A stretch of 32,000 bases of DNA from Xylanibacter ruminicola 23 (GTDB taxonomy: Bacteria > Bacteroidota > Bacteroidia > Bacteroidales > Bacteroidaceae): NCBI RefSeq assembly GCF_000025925.1, contig NC_014033.1, positions 810,001-842,000 on the forward strand, read 5' to 3'. The position numbers and the translations under genes are program-made. How positions within the stretch are numbered: the first letter of the stretch is position 1; each line of letters opens with the position of its first letter. The notes below the pieces were generated by a model that saw nothing but the letters and a program-made list of their open reading frames with translations, was not told the origin of the DNA and ran no database searches. Shown in pieces: positions 12,217 to 19,045 of this stretch.

Positions 12217-13347
12217 TTATTTAATTTTACTTTTTATTTCTGCATTACGGATTGCTTTATCCAACTGTTTTACGTTGGCGTTCAGCTCTACCACCTCGGC
12301 TTCGAGCTTCAGAATCTCGTTCTTCAGCACTTTTCTACCGTTGGTGTTGGCTGTGTGATACTGCTGGCGCAACTGGGCCAGGCGTGCGTTGGCGGTATCC
12401 AACTTGCTCTGCTGTTCCACCAGCTCAGGGTAGAGCGATTTGGCTTCTTTCGATTGGAAGTTTACTGTCGCTTTACCTTTGTTGTTTGTTTTTTCGACTG
12501 ATGTGCCAGCGGCGTATTTCTGCTTGATACGCTCGAGGGCAGCCTGACGCTCAGCGCCATCGCCCCAGGTATCAGCAATGCTGGTGATATCAGCCAGATG
12601 TCGGATCTGCTCTTCTGAATACACGGTGCCATCGTAAGTCTTACGTGTCTCTGATGGCACGAAGATATAGATACATACCTTGCCCTCAGGCTGGCGACGA
12701 TCGCTGGCGAAGTAACCGATACGGTTTGTTTCGTCGATAGCGTACATGTAGTCGTTGGCCTCAGAGTTGAAAGGCATACCGATATTCTCGGGTTTCAGGA
12801 ATGAACCACTACGCGAGTCGTAGCGTGTCACAAAGATGTCGTAGCCGCCAATACTCTCTTCGCCCTTACCGGCAAAGTAGAAGGTTACGCCATCGGCAAG
12901 CATAAAGGGGTAGGAGGCCTCGCTGATGCCCTCGCTGATACCAGTAAGGCGCTGCGCACGGCTCCATTCGTTACCCAGTTTGTCGGATGTGAAGAGCTGC
13001 TGCAGCGTGTCGACAGGCTGACTGAAGTACACCTTGTTGCCCATCTCGTTGATGTAAAGGCAACCCTGCTGCTGATTGTTGAAGAAGGTGCCCGTAGGCA
13101 TCAGCTTACCCGATTCTGAAGAGAGTCGGATTGAAGCCAAGAACTGCTCCTTATCGGTTACGATACTGTCGATAATCACAATTTGCTGTGTCATCTCGCG
13201 CATATTGGTGATGCGTGGATCCTCCTGTGGCTCTTCGATCACAGGCACGGGTTTTGTTTTGGGCTTTACACGTTTACGTTTCTGTGCTGCCATCGGGAGC
13301 GACAGCAGTACGGCCAATGCAAGTATCGTAATCTTTCTCAGGTTCAT
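12217..13347 (-). CDS. Secreted protein with a PD40/TolB-like beta-propeller region and a C-terminal coiled coil; function unknown
   Basis: Signal peptide MNLRKITILALAVLLSLPMAAQ followed by a basic stretch. PD40-like strings are present (YFASDRRQPEGKVCIYIF, GGYDIFVT). The last ~100 aa are heptad-like and rich in K, E, Q and L. Confidence 0.6.
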   Translation of the reverse strand: MNLRKITILALAVLLSLPMAAQKRKRVKPKTKPVPVIEEPQEDPRITNMREMTQQIVIIDSIVTDKEQFLASIRLSSESGKLMPTGTFFNNQQQGCLYINEMGNKVYFSQPVDTLQQLFTSDKLGNEWSRAQRLTGISEGISEASYPFMLADGVTFYFAGKGEESIGGYDIFVTRYDSRSGSFLKPENIGMPFNSEANDYMYAIDETNRIGYFASDRRQPEGKVCIYIFVPSETRKTYDGTVYSEEQIRHLADITSIADTWGDGAERQAALERIKQKYAAGTSVEKTNNKGKATVNFQSKEAKSLYPELVEQQSKLDTANARLAQLRQQYHTANTNGRKVLKNEILKLEAEVVELNANVKQLDKAIRNAEIKSKIK

Positions 13348-13350
13348 ATC

Positions 13351-14130
13351 CTATTCTTCTATTAGTTTGTTGTCAGCGTTCAGCGCGTTCCACATGCTGT
13401 AGCGGGCTTCAGGGTTCATCTGCTCGATAGCATCGTAGATGTGCTTGATGTCGGCGCGATGCGAGTGGGTCTCGTAGGGACAGAGTTTCTGCTGTTTCTG
13501 ATAACCCTGCAACTCAGCGTACTGCTTGATGTCTTTCTCCTCGATCATACACAGCGGACGGATGATGGCGAGTGGCATCTTGCGCATCCTGAGTAGGGCG
13601 GGCATGGTGTCGAATCGGCCTTGGAAGGTGAGATTCATCAATGCCGTATGCAGCAGGTCGTCCTGATGATGCCCTAAGGCAATCTTGTTGCAGCCTAACT
13701 CCTGCGCCAGATTAAACATCTGCTTGCGGCGGTTCCATGAGCACAGGAAACAGGGCGTTTTCTGCTTGCGGCGACGGGCTGCGTCGGTAGGTTCCGAATC
13801 GGCTGTAGCGTCAACCTCAAAGCTAGTAGTTAGCACGTGGAGCTTTACGCCCAGGTTGTCGCAGAACTGCTGCAGGTAGCTGGTGTCGGTCTCGTAGTGG
13901 ATGTTAGCCATCCTAACGTGCAAGGCCTCTACCGTAAAACGTGGGTGCTGTATGCGCGAGCGCTTGGCCAGCATTTCGAGCAACAGGAGCGAGTCCTTAC
14001 CGCCCGATAGGCCCACGAGTATGCGGTCATCATCTTCTATCAGATGATAAGTAGCCATCGCCTTGACAAAACGCTCATTGAGACGATGCCAGAGGCGATG
14101 GCTCTCTTTATCTTGATTAAGCTTCTCCAC
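13351..14130 (-). CDS. ttcA: PP-loop ATPase, TtcA-like tRNA 2-thiocytidine synthetase family
   Basis: SGGKDS PP-loop, a CFLC cysteine pair and a later CPYE. 259 aa. It overlaps the upstream gene by 14 nt. Confidence 0.75.
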   Translation of the reverse strand: MEKLNQDKESHRLWHRLNERFVKAMATYHLIEDDDRILVGLSGGKDSLLLLEMLAKRSRIQHPRFTVEALHVRMANIHYETDTSYLQQFCDNLGVKLHVLTTSFEVDATADSEPTDAARRRKQKTPCFLCSWNRRKQMFNLAQELGCNKIALGHHQDDLLHTALMNLTFQGRFDTMPALLRMRKMPLAIIRPLCMIEEKDIKQYAELQGYQKQQKLCPYETHSHRADIKHIYDAIEQMNPEARYSMWNALNADNKLIEE

Positions 14131-16477
14131 GCAGATGCTTATCCATATTCAATGCAGCACGACGGCCATCACCCATAGCGAGGATGACTGTTGCACCACC
14201 ACGCACGATGTCGCCACCAGCGAAGATCTCAGCACGAGACGACTGCATCTCCTCGCTCACAGCGATGGTGTTCTTGCGGCCCAGCTCCAGGCCCTCGATA
14301 CTCTTTGGTACCAGTGGGTTTGGTGATACGCCAACGGCCACAATCACCTGATCAACATCGAGTGTTACGGTCTTACCCTCAACGGGAACAGGACTGCGGC
14401 GACCTGATGCATCGGGCTCGCCCAGCTCCATCACCTGCAGAACGGCCTGCTTAACGGCACCCGTCTCGTCGGCAATATACTCGATAGGATTATGCAGGGT
14501 GAGGAACTTAATGCCCTCTTCCTTAGCATGCTTCACCTCTTCCAGTCGGGCTGGCATCTCAACCTCACTACGACGATATACCAAAGTAACATCGGCACCC
14601 AGACGCTTGGCTGTACGACATGAGTCCATAGCGGTGTTACCACCACCTACAACCAGCACGCTCTTGGCGGGGTTCAATGGAGTATCGGTCTTGGGGTTGG
14701 CAGCATCCATCAGGTTCACACGGGTAAGGTACTCGTTACTTGACATGATGTTGATGCTGTTCTCGCCAGGGATATTCATGAAGTTAGGCAGACCTGCACC
14801 AGAACCTACGAAGATACCCTTGAAGCCCTGAGCTTCAAGCTGCTCTACGCTGATGGTCTTACCCACAATCACGTCGGTCTGGAAGTGAACGCCCATCTTA
14901 GCCAGATTCTCGATTTCTACATCTACAATCTTATTTGGCAGACGGAACTCGGGGATACCGTACTTCAGCACACCACCGATTTCGTGCAATGCCTCAAATA
15001 CATATACATCATAACCTTTCTTCACCATATCGCCAGCAAAGCTCAGTCCGGCAGGACCCGAACCAACTACGGCAATCTTCATACCGTTGGCTGGTGCAAT
15101 CTCAGGCAGACTGATGTTGCCGCTCTCGCGCTCATAGTCAGCTGCGAAACGCTCCAGGTAGCCGATGGCTACAGCGGGCTCGTTCATCTTCAGGTGGATA
15201 CACTTGCTCTCGCACTGCTTCTCCTGAGGACAAACACGTCCGCACACAGCGGGCAGAGCAGAGGTGTTCTTCAGCACCTTAGCAGCAGCCAGGAACTGAC
15301 CGCGCTCGATGTTCTTGATGAACGATGGGATATTGATGTTTACAGGACAGCCCTCAACACAGGTTGGTTTGGCGCAATCCAGACAGCGCTTAGCCTCGGT
15401 CATTGCCATCTCCTTGGTAAGTCCGATGTTTACCTCCTCGGTACGTGTGGTAGCACGATAAACGGGGTCGAGCTCAGGCATAATCACGCGCTCAATCTGA
15501 GTGCGCTCTTTTGGTTTCATGCTCTTTCTGAGCTCATCGCGCCAAGCAGCATTGCGGTCGGTCAGCACCTCGATGGGATCGTTGGTAGGATCGCTGTCCA
15601 TCTTGATGTCGGTACCTTTAGCCTCGGCTTTCTCCTCGGCGTTCAGACTGTCCAGATGCTCCTCGTAGTGGGCCAGCTCCTCCTGCTCTTCGCGCTTAAA
15701 GGTGCCCATACGCTTAAACATCTCGTCCCAGTCAACCAGAGCACCATCAAATTCAGGACCGTCGATACAAACAAACTTGGTCTTGCCTCCGATAGTGAGT
15801 CGGCATGCGCCACACATACCTGTTCCGTCAACCATAATGGTGTTCAGGCTAACTTCGCAAGGAATGTTGTGCTTCTGAGCGGTGAGGTTCGAGAACTTCA
15901 TCATGATTGGAGGTCCGATGGCGAATACCTTATCCACGTGTGGCTCCTGCTCAATGAATTTCTCGATACCAACGGTTACTACGCCCTTCTCGCCGTAGCT
16001 ACCGTCATCGGTCATAATGATTACTTCGTCAGAACTTTCGCGTACCTTATCCTCAAGGATAATCAGGTCCTTTGAGCGACCTGCCATTACTGAGAGCACA
16101 CGGTTGCCAGCAGCCTTCAGGGCCTGGATGATGGGCAGCATAGGAGCAACGCCCAGTCCACCACCTGCGCAAACTACCGTTCCGTAGTTCTCAATCTTAG
16201 TGGGGTTACCTAATGGACCAACCACGTCGGTCACATAGTCGCCCACATTCAGGGCACAGAGTTTTTTAGATGAGAGTCCCACCATCTGTACAACCAGCGT
16301 GATGGTACCCTTCTCGATGTCTGCGCCAGCGATGGTCAGCGGCATGCGCTCACCTTTCTTGCCTACGCGCACAATCACAAAGTTACCGGCTTTACGGCTC
16401 TTTGCAATCAGTGGAGCTTCGATCTCGAAGAGAAATACTTTCTCAGAGAACTGCTCTTTTCTAACGATTTTGTTCAT
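14117..16477 (-). CDS. Fused NfnA-like (PyrK-type FAD/NAD, 2Fe-2S) and NfnB/GltD-like (NADPH-dependent glutamate synthase small-subunit type) oxidoreductase
   Basis: 786 aa. The N-terminal part carries GTGMCGACRL...FVCIDGPEF. The C-terminal part carries CLDCAKPTCVEGCP (Fe-S) and the dinucleotide folds VVGSGPAGLSFA and VVGGGNTAMD. Confidence 0.85.
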   Translation of the reverse strand: MNKIVRKEQFSEKVFLFEIEAPLIAKSRKAGNFVIVRVGKKGERMPLTIAGADIEKGTITLVVQMVGLSSKKLCALNVGDYVTDVVGPLGNPTKIENYGTVVCAGGGLGVAPMLPIIQALKAAGNRVLSVMAGRSKDLIILEDKVRESSDEVIIMTDDGSYGEKGVVTVGIEKFIEQEPHVDKVFAIGPPIMMKFSNLTAQKHNIPCEVSLNTIMVDGTGMCGACRLTIGGKTKFVCIDGPEFDGALVDWDEMFKRMGTFKREEQEELAHYEEHLDSLNAEEKAEAKGTDIKMDSDPTNDPIEVLTDRNAAWRDELRKSMKPKERTQIERVIMPELDPVYRATTRTEEVNIGLTKEMAMTEAKRCLDCAKPTCVEGCPVNINIPSFIKNIERGQFLAAAKVLKNTSALPAVCGRVCPQEKQCESKCIHLKMNEPAVAIGYLERFAADYERESGNISLPEIAPANGMKIAVVGSGPAGLSFAGDMVKKGYDVYVFEALHEIGGVLKYGIPEFRLPNKIVDVEIENLAKMGVHFQTDVIVGKTISVEQLEAQGFKGIFVGSGAGLPNFMNIPGENSINIMSSNEYLTRVNLMDAANPKTDTPLNPAKSVLVVGGGNTAMDSCRTAKRLGADVTLVYRRSEVEMPARLEEVKHAKEEGIKFLTLHNPIEYIADETGAVKQAVLQVMELGEPDASGRRSPVPVEGKTVTLDVDQVIVAVGVSPNPLVPKSIEGLELGRKNTIAVSEEMQSSRAEIFAGGDIVRGGATVILAMGDGRRAALNMDKHLRGEA

Positions 16478-16497
16478 AAGTATTTGTAAGTTGTTGA

Positions 16498-17817
16498 TTA
16501 ATCAATCATGTCGCAACCCATGTAGGGTACGAGTGCTGCTGGGATCTTGATACCGTTTTCGGTCTGATTGTTCTCCAGCAGGGCAGCCACGATACGAGGC
16601 AGAGCCAAAGCCGATCCGTTCAGTGTGTGGCACAGCTCGGTCTTCTTGGTCTCGCTGTTACGATAGCGGCACTTCAAGCGGTTAGCCTGGTAGGTGTCGA
16701 AGTTAGATACACTTGATACCTCGAGCCAGCGTCCCTGAGCCTCTGAGTAAACCTCGAAGTCGTAGCAGATAGCGCTTGTAAAGCTCTGATCGCCACCGCA
16801 AAGCAGCAGAATACGATAGGGAAGCTCTAACTTCTTGAGCAGGCCCTCAACGTGTTCCAGCATCTCCTTGTGGCTCTCCTTTGAGTGCTCGGGCTTATCG
16901 ATACGTACAATCTCAATCTTCGAGAACTCGTGCAAACGGTTCAGTCCGCGAACGTCCTTACCGTATGAGCCAGCCTCACGACGGAAGCACTCTGTGTAAG
17001 CACAGTTCTTGATAGGCAGATCCTTCTCGTCGAGGATCACGTCGCGATAGATGTTTGTTACAGGTACCTCGGCTGTTGGGATGAGATAGAAGTCGTCAAC
17101 CTCGCAGTGGTACATCTGTCCCTCCTTATCGGGCAGCTGGCCTGTACCGTAGCCTGATGCAGCATTAACTACTGTAGGAGGCATAATCTCGGTGTAGCCG
17201 CTCTTACGGGCCTCGTCGAGGAAGAAGTTGATGAGGGCACGCTGCAGACGGGCACCCTTACCGATATAAACGGGGAATCCGGCACCAGTGATCTTTACGC
17301 CCAGATCAAAGTCGATGAGGTTGTATTTCTTGGCCAGCTCCCAGTGGGGCAGGGGATTAGCGATACCAAGTGATGGGTTAACGTCCCAGTTTCCAACGGT
17401 GTCGTTAGCGGTGCACTCCTTCAGGTTGCTCTTTACTACGTGGTTATCCTCAGCTACCTTGCCCTCGGGAACCTCGTCGTAAGGGATATTAGGAATCTGG
17501 CACAGCAGAGTGGTCATCTCCTCCTGAGCCTTAGCCATAGTCTCGTCGAGCTCCTTTGACTTCTCCTTGAGCTGAGCCACCTGAGCCTTTACCTGCTCGG
17601 CCTCGTCCTTCTTGCCTTCCTTCATCAGACGGCCTATCTGTCCTGAGAGCTGCTTCTGCTCGTTCAGGCATTTATCAAGTTCCTGCTGAGCTTCGCGACG
17701 CTGCTTGTCAACGGCCAGTACATTGTCGATAGCCTCCTTGGCGCCGGCGAAGTGTTTCTTCTCCAATCCGCGAATTACGCGTTCTGTTTCCTCATTGATG
17801 AGTTTGAGTGTTAACAT
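16498..17817 (-). CDS. serS: Seryl-tRNA synthetase
   Basis: N-terminal coiled-coil arm, class II motifs FRREAGS and GSALALPRIVAALLENNQ. 439 aa. Confidence 0.95.
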   Translation of the reverse strand: MLTLKLINEETERVIRGLEKKHFAGAKEAIDNVLAVDKQRREAQQELDKCLNEQKQLSGQIGRLMKEGKKDEAEQVKAQVAQLKEKSKELDETMAKAQEEMTTLLCQIPNIPYDEVPEGKVAEDNHVVKSNLKECTANDTVGNWDVNPSLGIANPLPHWELAKKYNLIDFDLGVKITGAGFPVYIGKGARLQRALINFFLDEARKSGYTEIMPPTVVNAASGYGTGQLPDKEGQMYHCEVDDFYLIPTAEVPVTNIYRDVILDEKDLPIKNCAYTECFRREAGSYGKDVRGLNRLHEFSKIEIVRIDKPEHSKESHKEMLEHVEGLLKKLELPYRILLLCGGDQSFTSAICYDFEVYSEAQGRWLEVSSVSNFDTYQANRLKCRYRNSETKKTELCHTLNGSALALPRIVAALLENNQTENGIKIPAALVPYMGCDMID

Positions 17818-17858
17818 CTTAAATACGTATTTATTAGTTTATATTCTTTATCTAAGGC

Positions 17859-17891
17859 GCAAAGGTACAAATAATCGGTTAAATAGCCAAA
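17859..17891 (-). promoter_or_regulatory. Bacteroidota-type promoter for serS (-7 TACCTTTGC, -33 TTTG)
   Basis: The reverse complement of 17859-17867 is TACCTTTGC. A TTTG (reverse complement of 17888-17891) lies 20 nt upstream. The ATG is at 17817. Confidence 0.55.
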
Positions 17892-17901
17892 GAAATAAGC
17901 T

Positions 17902-17943
17902 AAAAAAAGCAGAAATCCCGCTACTCCTTGCGGAGTGCGGGAT
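17902..17943 (-). terminator. Intrinsic terminator after rpmA
   Basis: The minus strand reads ATCCCGC-ACTCC-GCAA-GGAGT-A-GCGGGAT, which gives 12 bp, a GNRA loop and one bulge. It is followed by TTCTGCTTTTTTT. Confidence 0.55.
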
Positions 17944-17983
17944 CCTGTTGTTTGTTTGGAATAAGTGTTTCTTAATAATTCTC

Positions 17984-18247
17984 TTAGGCCTCAGCGTTTG
18001 GAATTACTGATACAACGCTCTTGTTGTACTTGCCCTTGTGGAAGTTTACGGTACCATCTACGAGAGCGTAGAGAGTGTCGTCCTTACCGATGGCAACGTT
18101 GTTACCAGGATTGTGCTTTGTACCACGCTGGCGAACGATGATGTTACCAGCAACGCACTGCTGACCACCGAAGATCTTGATGCCAAGTCGCTGAGCTGCG
18201 CTCTCACGACCGTTCTTAGAACTACCTACACCTTTTTTATGTGCCAT
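17984..18247 (-). CDS. rpmA: 50S ribosomal protein L27
   Basis: [24 protein letters not shown]... is the canonical L27 N-terminus. 87 aa. Confidence 0.97.
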   Translation of the reverse strand: MAHKKGVGSSKNGRESAAQRLGIKIFGGQQCVAGNIIVRQRGTKHNPGNNVAIGKDDTLYALVDGTVNFHKGKYNKSVVSVIPNAEA

Positions 18248-18268
18248 AATGTTGTTCCTCCTACGTTT

Positions 18269-18586
18269 TTAAGCGATTACCGACTTGATTACTACTTCTG
18301 TGAACTGCTCACGATGACCGTTGCGAACGCGATAGTCCTTACGACGCTTCATCTTGAAAACGATGACCTTGTCACCCTTTACGAGTGGGTTCACTACTTC
18401 ACACACTACTTTTGCTCCGTCTACGGTGGGAGCGCCTACCTTTACTGCACCGTCAGCATCTACGAGCAGTACCTTGTCAAATTCAACAGTCTTGCCTGCC
18501 TCAACATCCTTGATGTGGTGCACGAAGAGCTTCTTGCCCTGCTCGGCCTTGAACTGCTGACCCTGAATTTCTACAATTGCGTACAT
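18269..18586 (-). CDS. rplU: 50S ribosomal protein L21
   Basis: The canonical L21 start [13 protein letters not shown] is at the internal ATG (18586). The 19 codons upstream in the ORF track are not L21-like. Confidence 0.93.
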   Translation of the reverse strand: MYAIVEIQGQQFKAEQGKKLFVHHIKDVEAGKTVEFDKVLLVDADGAVKVGAPTVDGAKVVCEVVNPLVKGDKVIVFKMKRRKDYRVRNGHREQFTEVVIKSVIA

Positions 18587-18674
18587 TTGCTTTTTATTTG
18601 TATTTAGGGGTTTTTCCGCGAGGCGGCATACGTTCGTACACACTTAACTCTGCCCCAACGGACTCTAACGGGGT

Positions 18675-18683
18675 GCAAAGGTA
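18675..18683 (-). promoter_or_regulatory. Bacteroidota-type -7 box TACCTTTGC for rplU-rpmA
   Basis: The reverse complement of 18675-18683 is TACCTTTGC. It would leave a 5' leader of about 80 nt before the rplU ATG. Confidence 0.5.
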
Positions 18684-18693
18684 CATATTTTAA

Positions 18694-18728
18694 TTGATAG
18701 TTGATAGTTTATAGTTGATAGTTTATTA
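18694..18728. repeat. Tandem heptamer array TTGATAG x4 (one variant) plus a degenerate fifth unit
   Basis: TTGATAG TTGATAG TTTATAG TTGATAG TTTATTA, located where the -33 region of the rplU promoter would lie. Confidence 0.8.
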
Positions 18729-18762
18729 TTATTTATGAAAAATTAACCTTTCGGGTAGGGAT

Positions 18763-18798
18763 AAAAAAAAGAGCAATGACTTTCGCAAGCGATCGCTC
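18763..18798 (-). terminator. Strong intrinsic terminator oriented for minus-strand transcription
   Basis: The minus strand reads GAGCGAT-C-GCTT-GCGA-AAGT-C-ATTGCTC, which gives 11 bp including 2 G-U pairs, one C-C mismatch and a GNRA loop. It is followed by T8. On the plus strand one G-U pair becomes an A-C mismatch and there is no trailing T-run. Confidence 0.6.
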
Positions 18799-18854
18799 CA
18801 TATCTTCAATAGGTATTAGTCTTCTAAGGTAAAAAGATTGTTTTCAGGATAACG
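18763..18854 (-). ncRNA. Candidate ~90-nt small RNA, or a terminated leader upstream of rplU
   Basis: It lies between an orphan -33/-7 promoter (18858-18890) and the T8 terminator. The only ORF is 22 codons and runs through the terminator stem. Confidence 0.3.
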
Positions 18855-18857
18855 GTG

Positions 18858-18890
18858 GCAAAGGTAAGGCTTTTTTTGGAAACTCACAAA
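18858..18890 (-). promoter_or_regulatory. Orphan Bacteroidota-type promoter (-7 TACCTTTGC, -33 TTTG, upstream A-tracts)
   Basis: The reverse complement of 18858-18866 is TACCTTTGC. A TTTG (reverse complement of 18887-18890) lies 20 nt upstream. Minus-strand A7, A6 and A9 tracts sit at 18871-18877, 18891-18896 and 18901-18909. Confidence 0.45.
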
Positions 18891-19045
18891 TTTTTTCGCG
18901 TTTTTTTTTGACGAATCGGCTCTGTGCACCTACACAAAGTTGTATTTTAAACAAAATTAACAAAAATTGCTATGTAAACGATTGCAAAATGGGGGTATTT
19001 TGATAGTTAAGAATTTAGAATTATGAACAAAGAGGAGGGGGGGAT

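Noticed and set aside
18587-18643. A 19-codon N-terminal extension of rplU suggested by the ORF track ([19 protein letters not shown]).
   Set aside because: L21 proteins begin MYAIVE..., and that ATG is present at 18586. The extension would place the start codon only ~30 nt from the predicted -7 box, consuming most of the predicted 5' leader, and it has no L21 similarity.
18733-18801. A 22-codon minus-strand ORF (MERSLAKVIALFFIPTRKVNFS) inside the candidate small RNA.
   Set aside because: Its coding sequence is made of the terminator stem and the U8 run, so the transcript would end inside the ORF. There is no supporting signal.
19037-19043. A G7 (minus-strand C7) homopolymer 2 nt downstream of the helicase stop codon, as a possible phase-variation tract.
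   Set aside because: It lies outside any coding sequence or recognisable promoter spacer, so length changes would have no obvious consequence.
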